Positions 1 to 13,320 of a stretch of DNA of 64,000 bases are shown here, piece by piece. A program made the translations under genes and the position numbers. The number at the start of each line of letters is the position of its first letter. Position 1 is the first letter of the stretch. The DNA is taken from contig JBJCIZ010000868.1 in the NCBI GenBank assembly GCA_051294375.1, positions 9,988 through 73,987 of the forward strand. The letters are read 5' to 3'. The notes under the pieces are model-generated. The model was not told the origin of the DNA, searched no databases, and saw only the letters and a list, made by a program, of their open reading frames with translations. Source of the DNA: Paraspadella gotoi (lineage: Eukaryota; Animalia; Chaetognatha).

Positions 1-3000
1 GTAGTGAGGTACTACCTCGTTTCTTTTGGCGTGTTACGTTGTCTCTGGATCTTGTTCTGTCTTGTTCTTCTTGGTAGAGTGCCAATAGAGCCTTCTCCTC
101 CTTCCAGTTTTGTAATTGAAAGAACGACGACGGACGACGACGATGACGATTGCCAGTGAAGCTGACGGACCTCACAGGGAAGCGCATTATTAATTTCTTC
201 TAAATAGAAATAGGGAAAAGAAAAAAATGTTTTTCTGGTTTTTATTCTCAAACACATTTTTTTTTAAAAAAATAAACAAAGAAAAAAAAATATGACGCAT
301 TGTTAAGGTGTAAATTTTAATATTGTTGCCATTGCGTTGTCGTTGCCGTTTGCTCTTTGAATTAGTGCCCTCGTTGTCGGTCGGACGCAGATCTCAGTGC
401 GCTCGGCGTGTCTTGTCGAGGTTGTCGTCATGGCTCGTTGTCCCGTGGTCGTCGTCGTCATCCTTTGCCCGTTTTTTGTGATGGAGAAGCCACAAAAAGT
501 CCGTCGATCCGCAGAACGTGATTGACGCGCTTGAAAAAAAGGTTGATGAAAGTTTTTTTTTAATACAATGTAATGTAAAATTAACTTTTTTTTATTAATG
601 CTGGTCTTGACTTATTTGAAATAAAGTTGGCTGAATTGTAAAAAATAAAAATAATTTATGAAATGAAGGGCGACAATTTTGTTATCTTTAGGTTGGGGGG
701 GAGCAAAAAAAGTTTTTCCTTGGTTTTGTTACTTCATTTATAAACAAAACATATTTCACACCATTTTTTTTATGATTTTATCAGCTGATTTTTTTTTAAA
801 TCTTCTTAATCAGCGACTGTCTGGTGACGCCACGTTCACTCTGTTTACAAGACGAAAAGAACTCAAAAATATCAATATATTATTTTGGCAAGATTTCCAG
901 TTATTGAAGATGATTTATTTTTTTTCCTGGTGGTCTTTAGGGTATATCGGGAACGATTGATAAATTGAAAGTCGTTTAAATCTAAGCATTTTGGGGGATG
1001 TTGAAACAATATAAACACGGTCAAGGATATATCATTAAAGATCCTCGTCGAAAAGGCTAAATGGTGGTGGCCCGATTACTTACTTTCTTCAAGGCCTTGG
1101 TGCCCTCATGTTTAACTGTTTGTTTTAGCGATCTAGTCCAACTAGAATCGAGTTGATTATTTCCGTATCAGAACGACGAGGTCAAGATTGTTTTTTATTT
1201 TGAAAAATGACATCTTACTTATCTTAATGAAAGATTTTATTGAGGAATTCCTTTTCCTATGTTAATAACTTTGATTGATCTCTCGTCTCTCTCTCTCTCT
1301 CTTGGTTTGGTTTTTTCGTTTTGAAGTTTAATTGGTTTAATATAATTTTTTTTAAGGTTTAAGCTTAAATACAGATATTAAAAAAAATGGCCGACTTTGA
1401 TTCTGCTGACCAACCTTATGAAATTTTAAAACGTAATAATATTTTTTTATTTAAAAAAAACTAGTTTTTTTAGTATAATATTAATTCTCTTTTTTTATTT
1501 TTTATAGCGAAACAATTCAAGGTGGGTACTTTTTTAAGTAAATGAGATATCATTATAGAAGCAGTGAGACTATACACACTAAAACTTTATTCGCAATATA
1601 TTTGGAAATGGATACTGCAATTTGAAAAATTGGAGAAAAATATTCACATCAAATATATCCCGATGAGATGAGTCTTTTTAACGATCCAATAACTGAATTT
1701 TTAAACAGATATGGTTTCTGGTATTTTTACATGTGGAAAGATCTTAACATGTATTAGAAATACTATTTGATAGGTGAAGGGGGTGAATTTGTCAAGTTGT
1801 ATCCGCAGAAAGGCTATCGTTCGGCAACTTGTTCAGCAAACTCTTCAGCTATTTAAATGTTTTATTAAATGGAGGGAAATTGCCCGTTATGTCACGAGCG
1901 ATTCTTCTCTTAATTTAGAGTATTTAATGTCTCCTTATGAAAAGACCTAGAGCACATGTTTCCTTACCAGGCTCGATCTTTCTACCATAGTCGATTTGCT
2001 TATTGTGGCGCGGAGTATTGTTCTGGAGCATTGATTAATTAATTAAAAAAAAACAACTTTTTTTTTTGTCATTAGATATTACTTAAAAAAAACCCCTTGG
2101 AAGTTAATAGGAGGAAAAAAAATAAGAAATAAATTCTTTTGGTTTGTTTAAGGTAATTTATAAATAGCATTTTTTAATTATTTATAATATAAAAATCTTA
2201 ATGCTTTTTTTAGAAACATGGATCTTACCTCTATAATGTCGATGTTGAGAACGGGCCGCCATCAAAATTGAATTTTTAGCAAAAGTAGGAAATAATATCG
2301 TTTTGATTATGACGAACTCTTTGAGACATTACTTTCAAATACTAACATCGCACTTCATACGTTATTTATGTGGAATTTATCTTCTCGTTGTTTTAAATAA
2401 GAGAAATCGGAAATTGGTTTGTTCCTCAGGACCTTATCAGTTTAAATATTTGACTGATTCTCTGATTCTTTTCACTTAAATTTAAAAGACTCTATCACTT
2501 GGGTTACTATTCAAAATGAAATGGAAAATAATGAAATGTTTGAATTGATCTTTCTCATGGTTCGCAGATTAGATTATGAAGCTCAGCAAACTACTCTAAT
2601 CTTTTCTTACACAACACAAATTATTCTTACTTTTTTTTGAATATTATAATAGGGCGCTTCCCTGAACAATCAGATTTATGATTTACTCAGTCCTAAGTTT
2701 AATCTTGCCCGCTCTGGATCGATACAATTTTTGAAAAGAAACCTTAAATTTTCTTTTTTCTATTTCTTACCTTCCGTCGATAAATTTGAGTTTAATTAAT
2801 TCGATCCTCACTTAATTCTTTCTAAATACCTATCCAAACGTTTTTTCATATTTCCGTCGTTTCTAATGATTTAAGACTGCAAAACATTGTTTTAAAAAAA
2901 TTTTTTAGGATGGAGGTCGCTTTAAAAAATACTATCATTTTACTACTTCGATCGCAGCTATTTTGAAAGAATAGACTTCTTGTATACATTTTTTGGACTT

Positions 3001-3737
3001 TGTCGTAATGGAACTGAAATATGGAACGTTTGTGCTTATAAAGTTTTTAAAGATCATCCTGATTTTGCAAACGCGCTGAAAGTTTTGAAAGGAAGGTTCA
3101 ACTCGGCGCCCTCATGCCTTGGGAGAATTAATTATTCTTTATTTGGACCTGGATGAAATGACCCCAACCTTTTTAAAGGTTTTTAAAAGAAATAAAGGAC
3201 AATAATCGGAATATTTATTTCTGGCTTTGACGTTAAAGGAATAAGGCGCTCTATTTCATACACTGTATTTTCTTGAAAAAACTCTCATCTTCATACTTAA
3301 CAGATTTGCACGAGATGGAAGCTATCATGTTGCAATTTGGGGCGGATAAAAAAGCTGTGAGAGTAATTAAAAAAAAACATACAGGCACATACACATTCAT
3401 TTTGTTTTAATATTTTTCTTCTTTTTTTATTTTTGCCCCTAAAAAAAGAAGCTTTTTTAAAAACCAGTTATTTTTCCACTTCTATTGCCGAATCACAAGC
3501 ATTTTGGGACAGAAAAGCGCCGAACCTCTCATCAATTTGAAACAATTGAAAATCCGATGGCTAGTTCTTGTCAAATGCCTCGACTGTTTTTTTTCCGTTT
3601 AAGAATCGATATCATCGTTCTTGCGATTGCTTTTACTATCCTCTCTCTCTCTCTCTCTCGGCTCTATTTATTTATTTTATTTGTCCGTGGCGTGTTTTTT
3701 TTTTAGTTAAGCTTCTTTAAAAAAAAGAAAAGAAAAA

Positions 3738-5640
3738 ATGCCTGTTTATGCTAAACATAAACGATTGAAATTATCCCGTTACAATCAAAGCGGTACTGGG
3801 CTGTTACCAGATCTATGGCTAGAAAACTTGCCTATATTTCGTCGGAGAATAGAGCTTTTGGATTCTACTTTAAATCACCTCGTTCGAGGAATAGAAGATA
3901 GGTTGGAGCTTGTAGTGGAGCCGTCTCTAAAAATGCAAAAACTTTACACTCTCTATCTTTAAGTATGCTCCCATAAAAGTGGGAAGTTTTCTTTCCCTAC
4001 TCCCGAATGGTTGAAACTATCTCGTTCCGTCATCAAAGTTCAAATGCTTTGCACGATAATTTGCGTTTTATCACTGCATCCGGCTAAACTCTTTCCGTCA
4101 AACATAACCCTAATCGACCTTTGCTTACCGTCATCATTTAGATCGAATAAATATCGAGGGTTTGATATTTTCCCTTGACGGTGAGAGATTGAAACAAATT
4201 GGAAAAGCTGAATCCTTTTTTGGCAGTTAACATTTTCTCCATCGACGACGAACGAAGACGGAACAAATTTAATTGCTCAAGATTGTTTTATTGTCGGAAA
4301 TTGGTCTCAACCCCTCACAGGTCAAAAGTTGGTTTAAAAAAATCACAAAGTCGCTTGTTATCAATCTGGTCTCTCCTCAGACCGTGGAAATGCCTAAACC
4401 GGGCTCAATCAAGCGATTTAATTGTTACAAGGCGTTTTATAAGCAACCTTTTTTAATAACCTTTGATTACAGAAACCGTTCAAGAGAACGTTTTGCTCAT
4501 TGAGAAGGAAGAAGAGATTCAACTGGAGACTTCAGTTCCTAGAATTTTTGATTGGGTCAAGACTAAAACCGAGTTGATTCATACAGAGAAAATGTTGCTC
4601 TTGCACCAGCCATTGGTCCCTTGTTCTCGCTTGAAGCCAAAAATCGGGAGTTAGTTCTAACCTATCTCTCTCATTAACTGGGCCTATGAGAGATCAGACC
4701 CCTTTACAACAAGTTGCCTTCTACAGATTCGAGGCAAACCGGGAGGGGAGATAATATTTTGAATCTTATTTAAAAAAGTTTACAGTTTGACTTAAGTTGA
4801 TTGTCGGGGATAATGAAACCAAAATTTTCCTTTTTACATGTCCCCTCTGGATTTCATATCTCACGAAGAAGCGACGAGTGTTACGCCTGTAAAATAACAT
4901 TTAATCACAAAAGACCCATACTTTTGCAAGACCACGGATCATAATCACTTAGTGAATCCTTCCTCTTGACCGGTTCGCGGCCTATATCTAATTACAACGG
5001 AGTGGCCTGTTCGCGTTGTAATCTCGCCATGAAGCCGCCGCCTTACATCCCAATATTTACTCACAATGCCCCAAAATTTGTGAATAAACTCAAATAATTA
5101 TGCAATGCCTGGCCACTTCCAGAGGTAAAGACTATGTTCGAAAAGTGTATAGAGTCATAGCTAAAGGCCCTGAAAAATATACTTGTTTAGAAACTCAGCT
5201 TTTATTGTACGCCCTGTGTAATGAAGAAGAAGAAGAAGAAAGAACTTGGGAGAACGGACCGCCGAAGAGGATTGTGATTGTCGATCGATGAAGAGGTTGA
5301 GATTTTTGGAACTCGTTGTCATTCTCTTGCGTCTCTCTCGACAAATTACTGACGGATCTTAAATCTGCATGTGGTTATGGTTGCGGGGGCTTGCAGGGGC
5401 GGCAATAAAAACTCCTAAATGTTCTCAGGAATGTGTTTCAAAAAAGGATTCAAGAACGTCTTTAGATCCACTTACAGATACTTAAAAAATAAGTTGGGCG
5501 ACTTGTCGATTCTCATTTTTTTGACATTATCAGTAAATTGGGCCTTTCCTATTCTTGGCCTCACTCTGGAAAGATTAGAAGACACTTCTTTCCCCTTTTA
5601 GCGCTTTTAAAGATTCTTTCACTGGTCGATCGATAGATCG
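3738..5640 (+). pseudogene. Frameshifted protein-primed family-B DNA polymerase (pPolB), N-terminal half, Maverick/Polinton/adintovirus type
   Basis: Ordered motifs recovered across frameshifts: GSF..PTPEWL..SVI (~3980-4035); KCFA..LSLHP..NPNR..Y..LDRINIEG..FP..LEKLNPFLAVNIF (vOTU-like, ~4045-4240); MPKPGS..F..KQPFLITFDY(E) (ExoI-like, ~4390-4475); CYAC..DHNHL..NYNGVACSRCNL (EndoVII-like Zn/HNH, ~4875-5025); IPIFTHN; VIAKGPEKY; LRFL(D)SLSFSCVSLDKLL (~5295-5350); AFP..LERLEDTSFP (~5540-5600). The polymerase core is absent. Confidence 0.85.
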
Positions 5641-5664
5641 AAAAGGATTATGAAAAAGTTTATT

Positions 5665-5756
5665 AGGAAAAACAAGTTTTGGTTTGACAACAATTTATTT
5701 GACACAATTTTAGTCAACACTGATGAAGGCTTCAAATGAAAGAGCCGAAACATGCG
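5665..5756 (+). ncRNA. Truncated Penelope-type minimal hammerhead motif with inverted arm
   Basis: CTGATGA-A-GGCT(11 nt)AGCC-GAAACATG at 5720-5754, with the cleavage triplet lost. The upstream segment is the reverse complement of the AATAAATTGTTG motif that follows the hammerhead at 13810. Confidence 0.55.
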
Positions 5757-5935
5757 AAGAGGCCAGGGCCTCTCGGCGCGGCGGCGGCGGCCGGGCGGAA
5801 AATGCGAGGCCAGGGCCTCTCGGCGGAGGCGGCGGCAGCAGCGGCGGCCGGCGGAATGCGAGGCCAGGGCCTCTCGGCGGCGAAGCGGCGGCGGCGGCGG
5901 CGGCGCGGGGGGACGACGACGACGACGATGATGAA
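5750..5935. repeat. GC-rich tandem repeat (ATGCGAGGCCAGGGCCTCTCGGCG x3) with GGC/GAC triplets
   Basis: Three copies of the unit are visible, separated by (GGC)n runs. Confidence 0.8.
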
Positions 5936-6639
5936 ACTGGTGAGGAGGAAAAAGAACGGGAATGGTCGACGGGCATTTTTCGTCAAGAAGAGGGCCAAGG
6001 GCGTGGCCCGGTCGACGGTGAACCGGGAGGATAACGTTCAAGGATTACCTCAAGACGCTCTTCGAGAAAAAGCCCATGACTCACGAATCGAGCTCGATAA
6101 AGAGGCCTTTGATTTAAACTAATACATTTATTATGCGAACAAGCTCTCCTCAGCAGTTTCGATACTAAGCGCGGTTCCTACTGAAAAACTCGATCGATAC
6201 TGCCCTTCGGTTATCTGGGACCGACCGTCGGGAACGACGACGAACGACGACGACGACCCCTTGAGTTCGTTTTTGTTTTTTTGTTTTCGTTTCGGTTCTC
6301 CTTCTCCTCTTTCTTTTTTTTTTGGGTCAAATTTTTTTTGGAAGAGATGATGATAATAAAAATTTTTTTGAAGCTTTTCTATATAAATTTGTTTTTTTTT
6401 TTGTGGCTCGCCGGACGAGAGAGAGAGAGAGAGACGGTTAGCGAGCTGCTAGCGAGCGAGCGAGCGAGCAAGCTCGATAAAGATAAAGAAAAAGAAGGAA
6501 CATTTGTTTTTATTTACACCAAATTTATTTTCTCAAAAAAAAATAAAAACGAACGAAGGAAAGAAAAGGCAAAAGCAATCGCACGCACAAAAAAAAAGAG
6601 AGAGACGACGACGACGATGATGATAGCAATTTTTTTTTT

Positions 6640-7275
6640 CCCTTTCACTAAGATTCCCTCTCGAGGATCCTCCGAGGTTCGACGGGGGGAGAGAGAAGGG
6701 GGTGCTGGCGGAGAAAAGACGATGGGCCTCTGGATCGTAAACGAGGGTTATTTTCAGTTGATCCTTGACACATTTCCGCGGCATCGGCGTCGAAATACCA
6801 GAAATTTTTGACGGCGTCGATCGCTCGATCAAGATCCGAGATATTTTTCAGTAAAAAGACTATTTCGAGAGTCGGGGAGGCGCACAGTTCTACTCCAGGT
6901 CTTCCATCTTGTTCTTCAATTCCGACACTCTTCAAAGTTGAGACTCACCCCCGCCATCCCTTTACGAAACAGAGGACCTTCGTTTCGATTCCCGTGGGAG
7001 CGTCGACGACGGTGCGCCAAAAGTGACGTCTGATGGCGAGGGTGATGTATTGGGCTTGTGAAGCGACAGTTGAGAGCGTTCGGGAATCGTAATGCCTTGG
7101 CTAATCTTCTCGACCATGCCGCAAGCCCTGGAGACGATGTCCGGGAGTAACTCGCGAAGGGAGAGGAATTCGGATATAGTTGAGCCCGACTTTTTGTAAG
7201 CCCCCGCTTAAAGGAACTCTTAACGAAGACCGACGAGAGTCTCGTCGTCTCCGGCTCCAAGAGAACTCTCTGCAT
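6640..7275 (-). pseudogene. Possible PC4/Sub1-like ssDNA-binding domain gene (frameshifted), probably part of the Maverick-like element
   Basis: Across frameshifts reads LAIRRHFW...KGMAGVSLNFEEC.ELKNKMEDLE, resembling PC4 IDIREYW...[23 protein letters not shown]. Confidence 0.35.
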
Positions 7276-8399
7276 TTTTCTCTATCTTTACGTGAGTGAA
7301 GGGAAAAAGATAATGATTGACTCCGCCCATGGCGCGCGAGAGAGCGAGAAGGAGAGGAATTTATTTTATTTTATTTTATTTATTTTCCTCTGTTCTTTTT
7401 CCTAAAATTTTATTTAATGGAAATGAGGAAGGGTGGAAACGAAGCCCGGCTTTTATAGAGGACTGGCATTGAAAAACCATCCGCCTCCTCCGGCGCCCCC
7501 GCTTCTGGAGGGGGGAGGGGGGAAAAAAATGAGGCAAGTAGTAGTAAGAAGGGCCGGGATAGGGCCGCCCCACCGGGAGGGGGGGAGGAGGAGGTATTAT
7601 TTCCTCCCTTAACCTTCGAATCTTCTCCTTGTTTCCGGCCTTTGATAGGGGGGGGAAGAGGGTTGAGGAGTGACCGTTGCAGAAGAGTTTGTTTTCTTTC
7701 TCGGTCGAGAAGGCTTTCTTTTTTGCTCTTTAATGGGGAAGTACTCTCTCCTCCCAGTTCTCTTCAAATTCTTCTTCTTCTTCTCCTTCTTCTCCTTCTC
7801 CAACCACTCTTCGATCCCCCTTAAAACTAAAATGGCAAAAATAGTTTTTTTTTTTGGTTTCCTCTTCTCTTACCACCCTTCTCCCCCCAAACTCCCGCTT
7901 TCCTCACCCTCCTTCTCTAACTCCAGGAGAAACGCGCGGCAAGTATCGCAATATTATTCCTTGATTGAGAGGGCACTTTCGCCTTTTTTCGTTTTTGAGA
8001 GAGGTTGAGGGGGGGAAGGAGGAGGAGGAGGAGGAAGGAGGAGAGCCGCCGATAAAGTGTCGTCGTCGTCTCTTTGTTGTTGTTTTGTTGTTGTTGTTGT
8101 TGAGCGTCCTATTATAGCCTCAACTATCTCATCGAGAGCTTTGCGTCGATACATTTGAAGTTTTGTTTTTCGTTTTCAGACCGCATCGTTCTTTCGAAGG
8201 GAAAGCTCGAGGCTGTTAGCCCGGATGTTGACTTTTTTTTATCGAGCCTTGACCGGCGAAGCCGGGTCAGGTCTATAATGTTTTAGGGTTGCTTCTTTGG
8301 ACGTAGTCGTCGTCGTCGTCGTCGTCCGTCACGACTGTTTTCATATATAAAAACTACTACGCTTTTATAGTGTTGGCTGTGACTACACGTTTTTTTTTA

Positions 8400-9213
8400 A
8401 ATAAAAATTATTATGAATTATGATAAAGTTTTACAAAAGTGTGGCGATCATATGTAAGTTAAATTTAGATATGGCTTTTCATCTTGAAATAGCTGTGATA
8501 TTTTCATATTACATTTGGATTTAAGTATTTTTTGTTTGAATTTCCACTTCATTATGATTTACTGCAATATGCAAATGAGATTAAAGTACTCCTTATAATA
8601 TCCAAATTAGTATATAGAAATGCTTTAATCTAATTTACATATTGGCAGTATATAATATTGAAGATGAAAATTCAAAAAAAATTTGTTTTAAATTTTTAAT
8701 AAAAATGGGAACTCAAAAGGATTTTTTTAATGAGAAGCTATATCTTAATTTTAATACAAATATAAATTAAATCTTTTACAAGCTGCGATTGGAAAAAATT
8801 GGAAAAATTTCCAATTGTAAACAATTGTAACATATTTTTGCCTTTCTTTTATTTCTTTAATTATATATAGATTTTCTTTACTATATTTGTCAGTTTCTGC
8901 TTTTTCTGAACCCTTAAAAACGAGTTCAGTTCGTCTGCAGTGACTGTTCAGCTGGCTTCCAGCTTTCTCTTTCTTTCTGTCTCTTTGTCTCCTTTTCTCT
9001 CTTTCTGTCTCTCTTTCTTTCTCTCTTTCTCTCTCTTCTGGTCTTTCTGTCTCTCCTCACTCTGTACGATCGTTCGTTTTTTGAAAAATTCTGATTATTT
9101 TTCCTTCCTCAAAACTTTTATTATCGCCATTTATCCGCGCTTTTTTTTTCAATACAAAATCCCAAATTTATATCTGAGATATAATTGGAAAGAAATTCGG
9201 TTTTCTTTTTCTT

Positions 9214-9245
<32 letters not shown>

Positions 9246-9686
9246 TCTTATTATTTTTTTAAAAAAAATGAAGAATAACTTATAATGATATGCATTATCA
9301 CATAATAAATCAGCTAATGTGACTATTATATATGCAGCACTTCGCCGAATAATATAAATTGCATGCATCACATTATAAAAAAAAAAATTTTGTTTTATTT
9401 AATTATTGCAACTTTGGACCGGTTGGCCCACTATTGGCAAATTCTATCTAAAATAGGAGTTGATAAGAGAGATATAGTCAAATTAAACATTACTTTTTTG
9501 TTATTCTGATAATTTGTACTATTATTAAATTTATAAATATTTTTAGTGTATATATTTAATCATTTTTAACTTTTTTTTAAATAATAATTATTTGAGTTGT
9601 GGATAACTATTTATAATTAATTAAATATGCAAATATTAAATTTGACCTCGGTCTGGTTTCTTCCTAAAAAAGAACAATCTTTTTTC

Positions 9687-9728
<42 letters not shown>

Positions 9729-10043
9729 CTCTTTTTTTTTTCCTTCTAAAAACTTTTATTATCCCATTTATTATTTTATCTCAATACAAAATCCCAAAAT
9801 ACAATAACTTACTTAAACCTAATTTCTGGTCGTTGCGGAGCACAACAAGTAAACATGTCGAGGAACATGACATAATAACGGCGTTACGTGTATAAAAAAA
9901 AAATCACATAGACTATTTACACGACGCCGTTGCGAGGCAAGGATAACCGATATAAACGAGAGTGACCTAATAATGCGTCTCGTTGGTGGGAAAACATCTC
10001 TCTCTTCTCTCTTTCTCACTCTCCCCCCTCTTTCTTTCTCTCT

Positions 10044-10080
<37 letters not shown>

Positions 10081-10592
10081 TTTTTTTCCTTCTAAAAAAC
10101 TTTATTATGCGGCCATTTTATATTCCGCGCTTTTTTTCTCAATACAAAATCCACAAATTTACATCCGAGATTTTCGTGGGATTTTTTTTCTAAAAATTCT
10201 GATTATTTCTTTATATAAACGAGAGAGACCTAATAATGCGTTTCGTTGGCGGGAAAACTGTCCAGCCTCTCTCTCTCCTCTCTCTCTCTCATCCGTCTCT
10301 CTCTCTCTCTCTTTCACTCATACACGCATTTTTTGTTTATTTAACGATGAATGATTCAGCGCGTCAATGAATCACTATCATCGCATAATGAATGACTATC
10401 ATCGTATCAATGAATGATTATCATTCATATCAATGAATGACTATCATCGCATCAATCATTTGAATTATCATCACATCAGTCATTTTGTATCGATCGCATC
10501 AATTATTGGGTTATCATCCGCGTCAATATTTGGGTTATCATCGCATCAATATTTGGTTATCCATCGCATCATATTATGGTTAACATCGAAAG
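8400..10592. repeat. Composite repeat block: (CT)n microsatellites, repeated TTATCGCCATTTATTCCGCG...AATACAAAATCCCAAATTTACATC modules, ~21-bp TCATCGCATCAAT.. minisatellite
   Basis: Modules recur internally and in inverted orientation at 17170-20690. Confidence 0.8.
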
Positions 10593-10774
10593 NNNNNNNN
10601 NNNNNNNNNNNNNNNNNCGAAAGCGGCTCGATCTTTATGCTTTTAAGATTTTTTCTTTTTCCCTTTCCCACCATTCTCTTCTTTCTTCTTTTCCTCACTA
10701 CTCCCAAAGAAGAGTGAGCCGGTTTCGATCGTCGCATTTTCCTCATTTCGATTCTGGGACTTTTTTTTTTCCGA

Positions 10775-11125
10775 TCAAATGTCTTGATTTAATATCGCTA
10801 GAAGATCCCAACTATTTTCAGGAGCGGAGGAAAATTTGCCCAAAGAGGAAATGGCTCTCGCTAGAGTGAAGTCGTTTATATAGGAGTCGGCAGCGTGATT
10901 GTAAAGACTTAAAAGAATTTGCAAAGGCTCTCGACCGCGAGATAAATGTATGCAAAACCAAACTTGATAAGCCCCGCACACGTTAGTCATTTCGTCTTGC
11001 AACGCTATGTCGTTGTAATAAACCGTTTTGTTTTTTTTTAATTGTTTCCAGATGGCTAGACTTAATCGAGGGTGAGGAATAGCAGTCAGACCGTAAGAAT
11101 CAAATATCAAAATGTAAGTCGAAGT
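10775..11125 (-). pseudogene. Adenain-like (peptidase C5) cysteine protease, C-terminal part, Maverick/Polinton type
   Basis: IFDSYG...YYNDIALQDEMTNVCGAYQVWFCIHLSRG matches the FDSYG / YN..LQ...CG.YC pattern (Asp, Gln, Cys). The N-terminal His-Trp part is missing. Confidence 0.8.
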
Positions 11126-11414
11126 AGTATTTTCAAAATACTAGTTGACTATGAAAAATATCTGAAAGAAGCGAAACTTAGCAAAAAATCCCCTTGCTAT
11201 GAAGACCCCGCTCCAAACCCAAGACCTGGAAGAAATCGTCGGGAACAACCTGGAATCGCTGAACGCGATTCTAACCCGCCTAGAAGAGTTAGAATCCATC
11301 GTGGCGGCGATCGACCAAAGAGGACCGCCGAGAAGAGCTTTGGGCCTCAGAGAACCGCCCAACCACGACGAGAGGGCGATCGTTGCCTTCCCGCGCCGCC
11401 ACCTCTTCTGATCG

Positions 11415-11550
11415 GCGACGCCCACTTCCGGTGACGCCAATTCCCGGCAACGCCCTCTTCCGGTGACGCCAACCCCCACTTCCGGTGACGCCAATTCTCG
11501 GCAACGCCCACTTCCAGTGACGCCAATCCCCCATTTCCGGTGACGCCGAG
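11415..11550. repeat. Short tandem repeat CACTTCCGGTGACGCCAA (5 copies)
   Basis: Unit repeated directly with alternating spacers. Confidence 0.75.
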
Positions 11551-12899
11551 TTTCGTAGTAAGAAGAAAATGAGGATGCTAAAGCGGCTCGCAAAAAAATC
11601 AATAAAAACAAAGAAAAAGTAACAACCCAACTCAACTAATTGCATGACAATATCATCGCCAAGTAGCTCTTTGTCCCTTTTGTCCTTTGTCTTTTATGTC
11701 CTTTTGTCTGTTAGCTTTGTACTGCTTATACAATTTTGTCATCTCTGCAACATCATCAATATAAACAAACAATAAACTCTAATCACCCTATCACATCATC
11801 GCCACCTGCAATGAAAATTTGTCATCTTGCTTCTATTACTACTATTGTTAGCGTTACTGTTATATGCTATTATTAATTACTGTTATTAATTGAAACATTC
11901 TTTGAAATATTATACCACTTCATTGATAGGGAAGCCAGGTTCACTGGGAGTGAATAAATAAGACTGTGAGAGAGTCTTGATTGAAAGCTTGCAGAAACCT
12001 GCTATGTTATTATCTTGTAAGTGTGATGGAGGCCTTAAACCACCAAAGCCTGTCCAAAGTCAGGGACATGATAGCTTATTTATTAAATGAATGGATAATT
12101 TTTATATTGCTTGTACCAATTTCATGCATATATTTTCTTTTTTTTCAACCTACCATTGTTCCCCCCTCCCTCTCCCGGACACCTTCTCTCACTCTCCCCT
12201 CTCTCCATCACTCACACTCTCAGCACAGTTAGGCATTCTCACTACGCACCAGCACGATGACGTCTCACGCCATTCAAGGCCCGAGACGCCATCTTGACGC
12301 AAATGAGGAGCCCAGAATCGAAGGCCGGTAGACTACGCGGGTCTACAGCTCCTCTTCTCTCTCTTTTTCTCCTCCCTCATCATCCTCCTCACGGGGATTC
12401 GGGGTCGCGTTCAAGTTTAGGTGCAGTCTCCTCTCTCTCTCAGACTCTTTCTCTCTCCCCTTTTTTTGGACCTTTTTATATTTTCGGATAGAGTATAGAA
12501 CCCAGTTATGAAATATACTTATTCACCTCCCATTCCCTTCGGTTTCTTCTAGACGTGAGATTTAGTTAGGCCCACAGCCCTCCAGTTAGAGAATGAAAAT
12601 GGTTATTCAAGATCAGAGTTGTTGGGCTAAATCTCCACTTTCTATTCTCCATAGCCAGGCCTCTTGGGCGAGCAAGGCCTAAGCGCTCGCTTGTCACAGG
12701 GATGGCTGAACCCATTCAAAAGCATGCAAGTTGGGCAACACAAATTTTTTTGGTGGTTATCCATAAGAAATGTATTATTTTCTTTCTCCCAATCTCTCTC
12801 TCTCTTCACAATTGACCATTTCACCTCTTTTCAAAACTAAATTCAATCTGCATTGGAAACTTTTCCCCCTCTCTCTCTCTCTCCCCGTCACAAAGACTA

Positions 12900-13320
12900 T
12901 GTTTTTAAGTTAAATTTGGGCCATGAAGAAGTAGTTCGAAAAGAAAAACTCTTAGGCATTGACATAGATGAAAAGTTAATGATGGACTGGAATAATCGAT
13001 GATCTGCTAAAATAAATTCAAAAAGCAAAATTTTAATGATAAATCGACTGTCTAAATTTAAAAAAGAACATGATAGTGGAATGAGACTGATTAACACTGT
13101 TTATCAAAGCCTGGTAGTGTCTGTCTTAAACTATTCCAGTCTGGTATGGATTGCAACAAACAAGTATCAATGGGAAAAATTGGAAAAACTGAATTTAAGA
13201 GCCTTAAAAACCTTTTTCAAACTGCCTATGCATACCTCTTCAAAAATTGTGTATGATGCAGCAGGTACAACAGAAAAGGACAGATTGAGAAAAGAGTAAT
13301 GAAGAGAATATTGAAGTGAC
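12900..13320 (+). mobile_element. Non-LTR (LINE) reverse transcriptase C-terminal fragment
   Basis: KLLGIDIDEKL..W ... VYQSLVVSVLNYSSLVW...LEKLNLRALK...LP.HT is a typical LINE RT thumb region. Confidence 0.75.

Noticed and set aside
7090-7200. TBP-like motif FASYSRTSSPGL
   Set aside because: Only a short match, with no other TBP repeat features; the PC4-like reading fits the adjacent sequence better.
12045-12126. 80-bp match to 45404-45484
   Set aside because: A fragment of an unidentified dispersed repeat with no boundaries or function discernible.
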